55,982 nucleotides of DNA from a virus. Its lineage: Duplodnaviria; Caudoviricetes. Positions 18,654 through 31,800 of the stretch are shown here, piece by piece. Positions within the stretch are counted from its first letter, which is position 1. Every line of letters starts with the position of its first letter. The translations under genes and the position numbers were made by a program. The notes under the pieces were generated by a model that was given only the letters and a program-made list of their open reading frames with translations, did no database searches and was not told the origin of the DNA. The DNA is taken from IMG/VR virus record IMGVR_UViG_3300025289_000030, positions 1 through 55,982 of that record. The stretch is one strand, 5' to 3'.

Positions 18654-19642
18654 TGCCAATTACTTTTGGAGAAGCGAGAAAAGTCCTTGCTAGATATTCT
18701 GGTGTTGGAGGGAAGTGTGCTGATTCTGAAGATGTAGCTTTATTTGTTCGTCAAGTTCTTGAATATATGCTCTTTTCAGGGCATTACGGAAATCTTAGAA
18801 AATTTACTTTTTTTGCTTGCAAAGGAATGTTTACTGCTCCACCTGAATTAGAAGAACCCTTAAAAGTTAGAATTGATACTAAAATTGGTACAGTTTGGGA
18901 TAAATGGTACGAATGGCATGCAACAAAAGAATGGCAAGAAGACTGTATTCCAGTAGGTGAAGCCTTATTTGAAGAACCCAATCTTTTTCCTACAGCATAT
19001 GATATTCCTGATTTTGGAACTCGTGTAGGTACTTATGGGCTTTGTTTAGAAAAAGAAGATGCTCATGTAATTGTTAAAGGTATTGACCCTTTTAATAAAG
19101 AAATAATTACGGTTCATAAAGGTGAACAAGTTGTAGGCGAATATTTAAGTATTAAAAAAGGTCAAATAATTTATTCTCAATCTACTTTCAAAGAAATAAC
19201 AGCAGTAGTTAAAACTATAACGAATGGTTACGTTCAATTATTATGGGTAAATCCCGTATCTGATTTAAAAGGATTTCTTTCTAATTATTCTCCATTAGAA
19301 GAAAAACCTGCTTATAGAAGATTTAAATTAACTACAAGATACTGTCCGAAAGGAAATAGCCATAAAATAGAAGTATTAGGACGAATAAAACTTAAAGAAA
19401 AATATGCTGATAATGATTATATTCCTTTTGATAATATTTACACTCTACATTTAGCTGGTCAATCTATTAATGCTAATTTTAATAATGATGTAGCTACTTC
19501 TGACTATAAAGATAAAAAAATGGTCGATATTATAACAAGAGAGAATGAATATCGTCGCGTAAATACAGGTCAGCCTTTAGAAGTGTATCATCCAACATCA
19601 GGTGGTAGTATTACAAATATAATAGGTGGAAAATTGTGGTAA
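18653..19642 (+). CDS. Putative head-tail adaptor / tubular protein A-like
   Basis: 329 aa; N-terminal ITFGEAR helix and helix-beta-helix layout typical of adaptors; assigned by synteny. Confidence 0.45.
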   Translation: MPITFGEARKVLARYSGVGGKCADSEDVALFVRQVLEYMLFSGHYGNLRKFTFFACKGMFTAPPELEEPLKVRIDTKIGTVWDKWYEWHATKEWQEDCIPVGEALFEEPNLFPTAYDIPDFGTRVGTYGLCLEKEDAHVIVKGIDPFNKEIITVHKGEQVVGEYLSIKKGQIIYSQSTFKEITAVVKTITNGYVQLLWVNPVSDLKGFLSNYSPLEEKPAYRRFKLTTRYCPKGNSHKIEVLGRIKLKEKYADNDYIPFDNIYTLHLAGQSINANFNNDVATSDYKDKKMVDIITRENEYRRVNTGQPLEVYHPTSGGSITNIIGGKLW

Positions 19643-19917
19643 ATGAAAATGAAGAACACACAACAATTATCTGTCCTTTATCTTTATATGGATTAGATTT
19701 TAAAAAAGCATTAAATGCTTTAACAGAAATGGCTATTGATATGAAAGATATAAAAAATCAATTGTTAGATGCGGCTACTGGTAAAGGTTATCTTTCTACT
19801 AAAGATGCGCGTTTTGTATTTAAAGTTTTAGGTACGGTTATTATAGGATTAGTTGTAGTCATAGTTTTTTTACTGACAGGTGAAACTACAGGAATTATAG
19901 GAGGATTACATAAATAA
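19636..19917 (+). CDS. Single-TM membrane protein (holin-like candidate)
   Basis: Coiled coil followed by hydrophobic VLGTVIIGLVVVIVFLLTG. Confidence 0.45.
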   Translation: MVNENEEHTTIICPLSLYGLDFKKALNALTEMAIDMKDIKNQLLDAATGKGYLSTKDARFVFKVLGTVIIGLVVVIVFLLTGETTGIIGGLHK

Positions 19918-22900
19918 ATGGTTTGGCGATGGGACGATGATATGGTAAACCCTAATCAAATTAGAAATACTAATTTAGGTCAAGCTCCATCTAATCAATA
20001 TAAATTAAGCGATGGTTTACGCCTTGAAACTATGGGGGGAACTGCTCCTTCAACAACGCCTCCAGTATCTAAACAAATGCAGAATATTTATGAAAATAGA
20101 TATTCTAAAAGAAATAAAGCTCCTATGCAAAAATATCCAGAAAATGCATACGATCAACCTCAATATTTTTATCCTGAAGAAAGAAGAAAATCTAAAGATA
20201 ATCAATATAAATTAAGCGATGGGTTACGTCTTAAAACTATGGGGACTGCGGGAGCAGAAACTGGAGGAGAAGACGAACCGCCACCAATTGAGCCTCCTGA
20301 AGATATAGAGGGAAAATTTCCCACTCCTAAAACTATTGATGCGCCTGAAATACCTATTCCTAAATATAAAAAATTAAGACCTAAAAGATATGCTAAACGT
20401 TGGGGCAAATTTACACGTCAAGAAATGGCTAAGAATTTTGAAACAGCTCAGGGAATGGCACTTAAAACACTTGAAACTGAATTAGCTGGTTTAGAGAAAT
20501 TTGCTCCAGCAGCAGGTGCTCTTAAAAGACGAGAAACTGCACTTGATAATATTTTTAATCAATTAGAACGTACTAAACAAATAGATGAAGCACTTCCTGG
20601 TTTTAGACAAAAATTTGAAGATCAATATGGTCAATTAGAAGAATCTCGTGGTGATATAGAATCTCAAGCTGAAAGAATAGCTACACAAGGTGAAAGGGCT
20701 GATATTTATGCAACAGGTCGTGCTCCTGATGAAGTTACAGATAGAGGATTAGAATTAAATGTAAGATCTCGTGCTGCTGATAGAGCACGCCAAGGTGGTT
20801 TTGGTGCTATGAGTAATGTTGCTCGTAAAGCATCAGACTTAATGAGTGCCGAACAAAGACTTCAAATAGCACAATATGGAGAAAATCTTTACAGCCAAAA
20901 TATTCAATTAGGTACTCAAAATATTCAGTTATCTAATCAAAATGTAGGTATGCGCGGTGACATAATGAATCAGCAAGCAAATTTATTACTTGCTCCTACA
21001 GAATATTCTAATGCTGGAAGTCAAATAAATGTAATGCCAGAAGTTGGTGCTGGAAGATTAACTACTAGTATGATGGGGGAACTTAATCAATACGGTATGA
21101 TTCCAGCAGGTCAAGCTGCTTCTATGGTTATAAATCAAAGACAATTTAGAGCAAATTTAGAGCAGCAGACAAATATGTTTAATGCTTCTAATCAAATGAC
21201 AGCTAGTCAATTTAATGCTGGAGCTGCCAATCAATTTGCATTAAGTAAATTTGGTTATCAAGTAGCGCAAGCTGGAGCAGTAGCAGGCGCTACAAATGCA
21301 ACTAATACAGGTCAGTTCGAATATGCACAGCAACAAGCTGCATTTGCTACTTTTGGTGATTACATGAATCAAGCACAGCAAGCTGGTCAAGCTGGTGCAA
21401 TAAGTCAAGGATTTGGCGCTATAGGAGGTATACTAGATGCAATAAGTGGAGTTAGTAGCTTATTTGGTGGAGGACAGCAGCCTAGTCAGGGAGCTGCTGG
21501 CGGCGGTGGTTTTGTAACAGGAACTGGAGGTGTTGGTGGTGGTATAACTGAAATAACTCCTTCTAGTACAGGTGGTATGCAAGGTACTCCAAGTGGTTCA
21601 ATAGTAGTACCTGAAGGAAGTGTTCCACCTGGTTATACTCCAATAGGTTCTGCTCCAACTCCAAGTGGTGGGGCTGGAGTAATAGTTTCTCCTAATCAAA
21701 CACCAGAAACTCAAGGTTTTGAAGACTCTTTGGGGCTTAAAATAGGTCGTCCTGGGGCACAAGAAGACACGACTCAAACACTACTTAATCAAAACGCTAA
21801 AATGCTTAATATGAGTGGTGTGTCCAATCAACCGCAACCAGGTTTTGTTGAAACTGGTATAAATAATCAAGGGCAAAAAATTTATAGTAATGCAAGACTT
21901 TCTAGCTCAAATGATAATCGTGAAGGATTTAATCTTACTAATACTTTAAGAAGAGTAATAGATCCAACAGGAGTACTTGATGATGAAGACAGAACTGCAC
22001 TTGATAAAGTAGCAATGCTTTCAAGTAGTGCTAATTTTTTAGGAGATTTAACCGAACTTCAAGCAAATGGGGATACTCGCGGATTTGTGAATGCAATACT
22101 TGAAAGATATCAACAACCAATAATTGAAAATTTAGCAAAAGATCCAACTGATCAAGCAGGCTTATCTGCTGCATTTAATGCGTTTAGTCTATCAGAACAT
22201 TGGGATAAAATGAGTGCGGCACAAAGAAGTCTTGGTTTAGCTTCAATCGGTATTCAAGGTTATCGTTATGGGACAGGTGAAAATTTAGCTGAAAAATTTA
22301 TAATTAAACCTCCTAATCCAGATGCTCCAATCGGTCCAAAAAATATGGGATTAAATGTAGGTCAAGCTCTTAATTTAATGAGCGCAGGTGTTAATTCTTA
22401 TGGACTTATAAAAAATTGGAATCAATTAAATGCTCTTCAAAAAGTAGCTTATGGAACTGGAAATTTAAGTCAATTAGCTACTCTTGGTAGACAGTTTGGG
22501 CTTCTTGGTAAAGGTGTAAGTGGTGCTGCTGTAAATGTTACAGCACAACAACTAACCGCTCAAGGTTTTAGTCATGTACCTGCATTTGGACCAGGTGCAA
22601 TAATGGGTTCTGCAAGTTCTAAGTTGCCTGAAGGTTATACTATAATTGATAAGGTAGCTAATGGTACTCGCGTTATTGCTGCACCTGGCCCAAATGCAGC
22701 TAGCGCAGTAGGCGCTACAGAAGGGGCTACTGAAAGTCAATTAATGACTCAAGCTGGACAAGGACTTAGAGTAGTAGGTGGAGCTGCCAGTATAGCCCTT
22801 GGTGTACAAGCTGTAATGAAGAATTGGGGCACTGGTGGCGGAAAAGGGGCATTAAACGGAGCTTTAGGAGGTAGTGCTATAGCTGGTGGTTTAATGTCAA

Positions 22901-24114
22901 TGGGTAGCGGTTTAGGTGTGGCAGCTATGAGTAATCCTTATTTATTAGCTGGTGTTATGGCTGTATCAGTTTTAGGGGGGTTGGCTAAAACAGGTATTAC
23001 AAATAAAGGACAATTACAAAGAAACGCTGTAAGGGACAGCTTAAAAGGAGGAAATTTTGTAGATGACGATTATAATATAACTTTAGCTGATGGTACTAAA
23101 TTTAATATTGGAGTCGATGGTCAAGAAGGAAAACATAAATTTAGAGATCCAAGTTTAGTTGTAGATAAAGGTCCAACTGAAGGACATTCTTACGATATAG
23201 ATTGGACTAATGATTTAGATTATATGTCTGGAATGGGAGGACAATCATTAATGCGTATGTTAAGTGGTGGCATTAAAGATGAAACTGATAAAATAGGATT
23301 TCAAATAGGAAATGGTGCTTTATCAAGTGTAGGTTTTGGTAAAGATATGACTCCAGAAAACTTTACTAAAGTCACAACTAATTTACGTTCAGTTTATGCA
23401 CAAGCTGGAATTAAATCTAAATCAGACGCCTATCAATTATCCAATCAAATGTATGCAGAAGGACGTATATCTGAAACTGACATGGTAACTATGCAGCAGT
23501 CTTTTAATATGATTTATGACGATAATGGACTTCAAACTGCTCAAGCTTTATTAGGTGGTAGACATGGTGGTATTCAAGCTATGGCTAAAGATCCAGGTCT
23601 TTCTACTAAACCTGGTTATCAAATTGATCCAGGACGTACTCCAGGAGCACAACAGCCAACTGGTAGTGCTGGTGCTACTACAGGTAAACCAATAAAAGAA
23701 AAACCAGTGCTAGAAGGTGGTCCAATGAGACTTCCAACAGATAATAAATATACTCAAAGAATACCAATTATTGGTGAAGACGGTATGCTTAATATGACAG
23801 ATAAACCAAGAACGCGATTTGATGAAAATGGCGAAGTAATTAGTAACGGAACTTCTAGATTACAAGGAGAAAGAGTTAGAGGACAACCGCCTTTATTAAG
23901 ACCACCAGCACCAATTAATGCTGGACAAATGTTAGATAATATAGCTCCAGTAGAAAGACCAACTGTACCAGCTATACCTACACCAAGAAGACCAGCAAAT
24001 ATAAATACTGGTGAAATGCTAGAGGATATTAAACCACTTCGTTCAAAACTTCGTATGTCAAAAGAAGAGCTTCAAAGAGTAAATAGTGAGCGCTATGCAG
24101 AAGCAGGAGCATAA
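19918..24114 (+). CDS. Internal virion / DNA ejection protein 1
   Basis: 1398 aa, G/A/Q-rich, glycine-zipper hydrophobic segments, no Cys seen. Confidence 0.65.
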   Translation: MVWRWDDDMVNPNQIRNTNLGQAPSNQYKLSDGLRLETMGGTAPSTTPPVSKQMQNIYENRYSKRNKAPMQKYPENAYDQPQYFYPEERRKSKDNQYKLSDGLRLKTMGTAGAETGGEDEPPPIEPPEDIEGKFPTPKTIDAPEIPIPKYKKLRPKRYAKRWGKFTRQEMAKNFETAQGMALKTLETELAGLEKFAPAAGALKRRETALDNIFNQLERTKQIDEALPGFRQKFEDQYGQLEESRGDIESQAERIATQGERADIYATGRAPDEVTDRGLELNVRSRAADRARQGGFGAMSNVARKASDLMSAEQRLQIAQYGENLYSQNIQLGTQNIQLSNQNVGMRGDIMNQQANLLLAPTEYSNAGSQINVMPEVGAGRLTTSMMGELNQYGMIPAGQAASMVINQRQFRANLEQQTNMFNASNQMTASQFNAGAANQFALSKFGYQVAQAGAVAGATNATNTGQFEYAQQQAAFATFGDYMNQAQQAGQAGAISQGFGAIGGILDAISGVSSLFGGGQQPSQGAAGGGGFVTGTGGVGGGITEITPSSTGGMQGTPSGSIVVPEGSVPPGYTPIGSAPTPSGGAGVIVSPNQTPETQGFEDSLGLKIGRPGAQEDTTQTLLNQNAKMLNMSGVSNQPQPGFVETGINNQGQKIYSNARLSSSNDNREGFNLTNTLRRVIDPTGVLDDEDRTALDKVAMLSSSANFLGDLTELQANGDTRGFVNAILERYQQPIIENLAKDPTDQAGLSAAFNAFSLSEHWDKMSAAQRSLGLASIGIQGYRYGTGENLAEKFIIKPPNPDAPIGPKNMGLNVGQALNLMSAGVNSYGLIKNWNQLNALQKVAYGTGNLSQLATLGRQFGLLGKGVSGAAVNVTAQQLTAQGFSHVPAFGPGAIMGSASSKLPEGYTIIDKVANGTRVIAAPGPNAASAVGATEGATESQLMTQAGQGLRVVGGAASIALGVQAVMKNWGTGGGKGALNGALGGSAIAGGLMSMGSGLGVAAMSNPYLLAGVMAVSVLGGLAKTGITNKGQLQRNAVRDSLKGGNFVDDDYNITLADGTKFNIGVDGQEGKHKFRDPSLVVDKGPTEGHSYDIDWTNDLDYMSGMGGQSLMRMLSGGIKDETDKIGFQIGNGALSSVGFGKDMTPENFTKVTTNLRSVYAQAGIKSKSDAYQLSNQMYAEGRISETDMVTMQQSFNMIYDDNGLQTAQALLGGRHGGIQAMAKDPGLSTKPGYQIDPGRTPGAQQPTGSAGATTGKPIKEKPVLEGGPMRLPTDNKYTQRIPIIGEDGMLNMTDKPRTRFDENGEVISNGTSRLQGERVRGQPPLLRPPAPINAGQMLDNIAPVERPTVPAIPTPRRPANINTGEMLEDIKPLRSKLRMSKEELQRVNSERYAEAGA
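19992..20244 (+). repeat. 46-bp direct repeat pair within ejection protein 1
   Basis: 19992-20037 vs 20199-20244, 43/46 identical, both encoding NQYKLSDGLRL(E/K)TMG. Confidence 0.9.
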
Positions 24115-24117
24115 AGC

Positions 24118-25821
24118 ATGGCGTACGATATCTATACAAATATACCAGGACCTAATATAGACACGTCTTTATTTGTAAATGCAGCTAGTAGAGGTATAGC
24201 CGCTGGTAATGCACTTCCAACAAAAACAACTGCTATTATTCAAGGCGCTCTTAAGGGATTTGAGCAAGGTTTAGATTTTCGCACTCAAATGCAGGAACAA
24301 GAAGTTAGACAGAATCAGATAGAACAATTACCTACTACTAATGCAATTCAAGAACAGCAACTACAAAATGCAGAATTAGCTAATCAACTTAATACATTAA
24401 AAGTAGATATAGCAAGTCGTACACATGAATTATCTATTGAAGATGAAATAGCAAAACTTACTAATGAAAAAGGTAAATTACAACAAGAAACAGCTCTTAG
24501 AAATAGATTAGTTGATTTTAATAAAACTTTTCAAGAATCAGATCCTTTAAAACAAAAACAAATGATAGAAAGTGGTCAATATAATGATATATTTGCAGCT
24601 AATCCAAATACATATAGTCAAGCTATCACTACAGTTTTTCCTTATTTGAATCAACAAGAAAAAGCTGCTGCTAGTCTTAATTTAAAACGAGCTAATATAA
24701 ATAATTATCATGATAAACAAGCTTTAAATAATATAAAAGATTTAGAAACTGCACAACTTGCAGCAGAAGATGCTTTAGGGCAGCTTGGAGTAAATGAAAA
24801 AGTAAATTTACCTCCAGATCAAATTCCTTTAAAAGTAGAAGTAGTACCTCTTGGAAAATATATAACTGATGATAATGGTAATATTACTGGACAAAACGAT
24901 ATTTATACCCCTAGTAGTAACGCTGCTGATTTAAAAATTGGTAATCAAATTGTAGCTAAAGATGTTGATAATGCTACTTTAAAACAAATTAGAACTTATA
25001 AAAATAAATATAATTGGGTAAATGATGTTTACAGAAATAGAGCGCTTGGTCAAGTAGGAAGAGCTTTTAACGATACACAAAAAGCGATTTCAGGGGCTAC
25101 TCCTCAGCCTCAATCACGCACTCAAACACCTCAAGAATTTACTGGTTTTGCCCCTGAAGCTCCTGAAGAACTTCCAACTAAATTAGAAGAAGGAAAAGTT
25201 ACTCCTAATATAGAAGCGGTTAAAGATATTAGAAAAGTTCCGATTGTGACTAAAAGTAAGCAAATAAATGTAACTAATAACCCAAAAATGTATAAAGCTG
25301 TGCAAGAAAGTTTAGGACTAGCTGAACCTGATTTTAAACCAATAATGCCAGTGATTAAAAACTTACTTACTGAAATAAGTGCTGCACCTGAAGATAAATA
25401 TAATAAATACAGTAATTCACAACTTATAAAATTAAATGATGCTAAAGATAAAATAGGTAAATATACTTCAGGACTTCAATTTGAGAAGTCACCTGAACTT
25501 CAAAAAACATTTACTCCTGAAATGGTAGATTTACATAATAAAATTGTAGATGAATTTAATTATTTTATAAAAGATCCAATGGCTGAAGGATTTGGTATGG
25601 CTGCTTATTTAGCTAATAATTATAAAGGCATTACATTAGATCAATTAGTTAAAGTATCCTCTCCAAAAGATTTATATAGTATAAAACAACAAGGATTTTA
25701 TAATGAAATGTTAGATCAAATTGTAGCTAATGTGCGAAGTCAAATATCTGCTTCCGAAAAAGCATTAGCTAAATTTGGTTCAAGATCTTCAACTTTTTCA
25801 AGTATATTAAATAATGGCTAA
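24118..25821 (+). CDS. Internal virion / DNA ejection protein 2
   Basis: 567 aa, Q/N-rich coiled coil, no Cys seen, between two other ejection-type genes. Confidence 0.6.
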   Translation: MAYDIYTNIPGPNIDTSLFVNAASRGIAAGNALPTKTTAIIQGALKGFEQGLDFRTQMQEQEVRQNQIEQLPTTNAIQEQQLQNAELANQLNTLKVDIASRTHELSIEDEIAKLTNEKGKLQQETALRNRLVDFNKTFQESDPLKQKQMIESGQYNDIFAANPNTYSQAITTVFPYLNQQEKAAASLNLKRANINNYHDKQALNNIKDLETAQLAAEDALGQLGVNEKVNLPPDQIPLKVEVVPLGKYITDDNGNITGQNDIYTPSSNAADLKIGNQIVAKDVDNATLKQIRTYKNKYNWVNDVYRNRALGQVGRAFNDTQKAISGATPQPQSRTQTPQEFTGFAPEAPEELPTKLEEGKVTPNIEAVKDIRKVPIVTKSKQINVTNNPKMYKAVQESLGLAEPDFKPIMPVIKNLLTEISAAPEDKYNKYSNSQLIKLNDAKDKIGKYTSGLQFEKSPELQKTFTPEMVDLHNKIVDEFNYFIKDPMAEGFGMAAYLANNYKGITLDQLVKVSSPKDLYSIKQQGFYNEMLDQIVANVRSQISASEKALAKFGSRSSTFSSILNNG

Positions 25822-28800
25822 TGGAGAGGAAAGTGTTGAATTATTGTCACCTGATGAGTTTGTTACAAACTTTGAAGGAGATTTTCAAAATACAGTATCT
25901 TCAGTGGAAGGAAGCCCTATTACTACTCAAATTTCAACTACAGAAGAAGCGATAAGTAATGATCCTATCCAAACTACTTTAGAAGAAACTGCTTATAAAT
26001 ATAATTTAGAACCTAGTTTACTTAAAGCTATAGCAAAGCAAGAATCAGGTACAAAAGAAGGTTTTAACCCAAATGCTAAAGGAACTTCTGGTGAAACAGG
26101 ACTTATGCAAATAATGCCTACCAATTGGAAAAAATATGGTGGAGGAGAAGACCCTTATAATGTAGAAGAAAATGTAGATATTGGGGCAAATATATTATTA
26201 GATGAAATTACACGTTTTTCAGGAAATGAAGATTTAGCATTAGCTGCTTATAATGCAGGTAGTCCTGCTGTAATCAATGCAATAGAAAAAGCTGGTTATT
26301 CTATAAAAGATGCTAAAAATATAACATTTGATGATATTAAAGCATATTTACCAGATATAACTCAAGAATATGTACCATCTGTAAAATCAAAATTATATGC
26401 TTCAAAAGAAGATACTTTAAATTCTTATAGTTCTGGTGAAACATTAGGTACAGAAGAAGATTTAAAAAAAGTATTAGATCCAATTATAAGTGATCCTGCT
26501 TTTAATACATTAAGTGCTACTCAGTCAATGCAAGTTCTTAAAAGAGTTTATGACTCAAAAACTTTTTGGAATAAAAAAGCTAGAGATACTATTCAAAAAC
26601 TTTCAACTGAAATTTGGGATAGTGCTATGCCTAATGAAAAGCCTAATTATGGATCACTTATAAATTCTGTACCAGAAATTACGGGTAATGAAAAAGATCC
26701 AGATAAATTATTAAATACTTGGAAAAATAAACAATTAGAAATGCTACGATCTAGTGGCTATGATCCTATACTTCTTGGAAACGGTATTATTGGTTATTTA
26801 GATGCGGCTATTGATAATGAAAAAACAGCTTCAAGATATAGAAATAGAGGACTAGTAGGAACTGCACTTTCAGAGGGAACTAGTACAGCAGCATTAGTTG
26901 GTAAAGGATTTGTAAGTGGTTTATCAGGTATGGCAGCAGCACCTTTCAGATTAGCTGGATATGAAGATTTTGCTAAAATGATAGATAAAACTTCAGAACT
27001 TTTACCAGATCCAGCTAGAAACACAGTCTATTCTGTAGATGATAAAGGTTATATAAGGCGAGATGAATATGGTCGCCCTATTACTACTTTTCAAGCCGAA
27101 TGGACAGGAGCAGTAGGAAATGTACTTTCTTTTATAGCTCCTTACAAAGCTCTTCAAGCGGCTAATATGCCTCGTGCAGCAGTAGCTTTTGGTATAAGTC
27201 AAAATGTATTACTTACAGCAAATAGTGCCTATCTTCAAGCTAAAGAAGAAGGAGTAACTGACAACGAAGCTTTAAAAGCTGCTTTATTTGCCGAACCTTC
27301 AGTACTTGCTGGAGCATTAGGAGACTTTATAGTAGCAGGCGGAGGTAAAGCATGGATAAAAGGTCTTGGACCAGTAAATAGAGCTAAAGCTATAGCCACT
27401 CAAGCAGGAAAAGGTGCTTTTATAATGGGAGCATCAGGTGCTGCTCAAAAATATGTACAAGATTTAGGAGTAAGTGCTGCAATTAATAAAGATGTAACTT
27501 CTTTAAAAGAAACAGGTAAAGCAGCTTTAGCTATGGGAATAGCTGGTGCAGTTACTTATCCTTTTACTTCAAAATACGAAGTTAGACCAGAAGTTTTAGA
27601 TAAAGATTTTCCTGTGCCTGAAGCACAAAAAGCACTTTCAGCTCCTGAAACAAGAGAACTTCCTTGGTCAGCAGAAGGTAAGAAATTACTTCCTTATAAT
27701 CCAGAAGACCCTACACCAATTGAAGCAGGAACAAAGTTACATGCGTTAGATTTACCTCAACCTGATGAACAGATAAGACTTGCAAAATCATTTGAAGACT
27801 TTCAAAATTCTCCTGATATGGAAAGAACTTTTATAATTAGATCTCCTTCAGATGTAGATCCTGAACTAGTTGCTAATTTTGGTTATGTACCAGAAATACT
27901 TCCAGATGGAAGGCTTAAAGTTACTAAAGAAACTACACACGTACCAGAAGAAATAACAGGCGAAGCACCAGAAGGAACTATTCCTCGTATAGAAATGCTT
28001 TCTAAAGAATTAGCAGTTATACCAAAACAAGAGGAAGTACCTAATTTAATAGCAAGAAGAACTGAACTTCAAACAAAAATAAAAGAGTTAGAACCACAAA
28101 CTAAAGCAATTATTGGTACTGTAAATGAGCTTATACCTAAAAGACAAGAACTTATTAAAGAGGTGACCACTTTAAAAAGATCTTCTAAAAAAGAAGGAGC
28201 AAATAAAGCTCTTATAAAATCTAGATTAGCTGATGTTAGAAATGAAGTAGCTATTATAAATACATTTTTAAAAGAACATCCTTTAGAAAATAATTTATCT
28301 GAATTAAAAACTGAACTTAAATTAGTAAATGATAATATTAAACAAATAGGTAGACCAAGTTATTTAAATAATATTAAAGCTAAAGAAAATGAACTTAAAG
28401 ATTTAATTATTACTAAAGAAATTGGAGAACTTGAAAGAGTATCTCAGGAAAAAGAAATAGCTAAAAAAGTTCGTAGAGAGCAGCAAGGCGCAATCATAGA
28501 AACTAAAAAAGGTAAACGTTATATTTATCCATTTGAAAAAAAATGGTATGTATTAAATGAAAAAGGTGAAGCACTTAGTAATGGTATGGATTATTTTATA
28601 GATGCTGCAAATACAGCTAAAGGGATTATAAGTACAGAAGCTGAACGTGGTTTTATACCAAGTGTAGAAAAAGGAATAATAGAAAAACCGCTTCAATTTA
28701 AAAAGACTATAGAAGTTCCTAAAATAGCTGAAGAAATTCCAGCTATGAAAAGATCTAAATTAACTGGAGCTATGTATTCTGATGAAATTAAACCAGAATT

Positions 28801-31800
28801 TAGAAATTTACTTAACTATTGGGCACATGCTTTAAAACTTCCAGAAACTATTTTTGCTACTCTTAAAGATATAAATAATCCTGAATTTAGAAAACATTTA
28901 TCAGAAGAACAATTAAAATTTGTAGATGAAGTTACTAAACAATTTACTCCAAAAACTTTATTAGGAGCTGGTAAAACTGTAGGAGACAAAGGAATTGTTA
29001 TATTAGGTAAAGGAGATCTTAATTATGAATCAGCAAGAGTAGCTTCTCATGAAATAGGACACGTACTTGAAACTAGTGCATTTAAAGAAGCTTCTCCTAA
29101 AATGAAAGATGCTGTATCTAAAGACTTAGCTAAAGCTATAGGAGGACTCAATTTAAACGATCCTGTAAGTAAGTGGGCATCTCAAATAATAGGACCAGAT
29201 AGTATTTTTGAGGGAGATACTAGGCCTTATAATAGTTTAACTCCTGAAGAAAAATCCTATCTTTTACATCAATCTGAATATTTTGCAAATAATGTTTCTG
29301 AATTTTTACTTAATCCAAAAAAAAGACCAGCTACTTTAGCTGATAGCTTTTATAAAAATATAGCAGAAAAATTTAAAGAACTTTGGACAGGACTTAAAAA
29401 TGCATTTAGACCAAGCGAATCTATACAAAATTGGTTAAATGACTATTTTGATACTACACGTGGTAAAGAGTTTTTAGAAACATTGCCTCCAGAAAAAGAA
29501 CCAACTAAAATATTTAAAGAAGGTGAAAAAGAACGTAAATTTGCTAAACGTGTTCGGGAAGCAGAAAGTACGACTGCTGAAACAGCAGAAAAAATAGGTA
29601 AAAAATCTTATAAACCAAAAAGCCCTAAAGAAGCTGCTAAGTTTTTTAGAGAAAAAATTAAACCAGAAACTATAGATGAAAATATAAATGAAGCAACTGA
29701 TTTTGATAATAATTTAAGTTATCAAGATAGAACTGCTTACGGTATTGAAATTATAAATGAACTTAGAAGACAGATTGAAACTTCTAAAAAAGAAGGTAAA
29801 TCTATAGATGCACTTACTTCAAAGGAAGCTGATTTAGTGGGTAAAATGGCAGAAGAAGGAACTCGTCTTGGACAAGGCGTACAAGCTTTTACTCTTTTCA
29901 GTTCTATGAGTAGAGAAAGCATGCTTAAAAAGTTTAAACGAGATCTTAAAAAATTTAATGGTAAAGATTTTGAAATACCTCCTGAACTAGAAGAGCAAAT
30001 AAAAGCTATACATAATAAAATACAAGAAGTATTCACTGAAGCAAAAATACCAACTAATGAAATTAAAGAAACAAGTAATTTAGTTGTCGATGCTCTTACA
30101 AGAGAAGCACTTAATTTAATTTCTACTCAAATAAAAGCACCACTTTCTAAAGCACTTTCATATTATTGGTATGCTAATATGTTAAGTGGTCTTTCCACTC
30201 AAACTATAAATATAGCTGGCTCTGGTATGAACTTATTTGGAAGAGGATTAGCTACTGCTATAACTAATCCTAAAAATTTTGATGCATTTATTAAAGGTAT
30301 TGTCAAAGCAGCACCAAAAGCAATTGAATCTGCAAAAGGAGTTTTTACTGGAAAATATCCAATTTCAGGTAAATATGAAAATAGAATATTAGGTAAAACA
30401 ATAATACCTATAACTGGTTTTGAGAATAAATTATTTAATAATTTAATGGCTAAACCTTTAAACTTTTTAAATAATAAATTATCATTTGTTTTTAAAGCTA
30501 TGAATAGTGCTGATGCTTTTTTCTATGTAACTGGAAAAGAAGGACAAGCTTATTTTGCAACAAAACGTGCACTTAAACAAGAAGGACTTCGTGGTGAAGC
30601 ATTAAGAGTTAAAATATCTGAAGAACTTCATAATTCAACTAATGAATTTATTAACGCGAAAGAACAAGCTACTCGTGAATGGGAAGCTTCAGGACTTAAA
30701 TTTAAAGATAGAGATGTTAACTTAAGAGCTTATGAAATTATTGATAATTTACGTTCAGAAGCTATAAAAGAAATATCAAAAAGGTTTGGGCAATTAATTA
30801 CTTTCACTGAGCCACCAGCAGGTTCTTTAGGAGGTATTGCTAAAATGCTTAAAGCTGGTATGGAATATATATCGCCCCTTAAAATTATATTTCCATTTGT
30901 TGATGTAGTTTCAAATGTGCTTTCACAAAGTTTAGATTTTTCTCCTATTGGAATAGCAAGAGCAGCTCTTGGTGAACATATTACTGATTTTATGCAGCAA
31001 AAACTTGGAGGCAAAACATCAGGAATTACATTTGGACCAGAAGAAAGACTTCAAAGATTAGGTGCTGGCATAATAGGAACTACTTTAGGAGCTGTAATTT
31101 ATAAAGAAGCTGAAAAATATTTAGATGATCCTGATCCTAAATTTTCTATATATGCTAGAGGTCCGACAAATAAAGGTGAAGCTGCTACTTTAAAAAGTGC
31201 TGGATTTAAACCTTATACAATTAAAATAGGTGATACTTATTTAAGATATTCAGAAACACCCCTTGCGCCGCTTTTAGCTTGGATCGGAGAACTTCATGAT
31301 GCTTATAGGTATAGTCCTTCCTTTAATAAAAAAGATCCAGGAGAAAAATTTCTAATAGGTCTTACAAATGTAGGTAAAGTAGTACTTGACACTGGCTTTT
31401 TAAAAGGAGCAGCTAATTTAGTCGATACTATTCGTGGTGAAAAATCTCCAAGAGATTTAGTTCTTAATCCAACAAAATCACTTATACCTTTTAAAGGACT
31501 TTTAAATGATATAGCAAAAACTACTGACGCATTTGAAACTGACCCAAAATCATTTTTAGCAGCTACAGTTAGAGGACTGCCCTTTATTCAAGGATATGCT
31601 GGTAAACCAGCACTTAATGCTTTTGGCGAACCAATTGAAACTTATCAATTTTTAAAAGATTATCCCGCATTATCTACTTTTGTAACTCCAATTGCTGGCA
31701 GATTTGCTACTACTAAAACAGTAAATCCAGAGTGGAAATTTTTAGTAGAAAACGGTGCTTATGTGCCTCAAATGGGAACTAATACGTCAATTGGTATTTC

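Noticed and set aside
1478-31014. Short minus-strand and off-frame ORFs inside the virion genes
   Set aside because: Nested in long, well-supported genes, with no RBS or motifs
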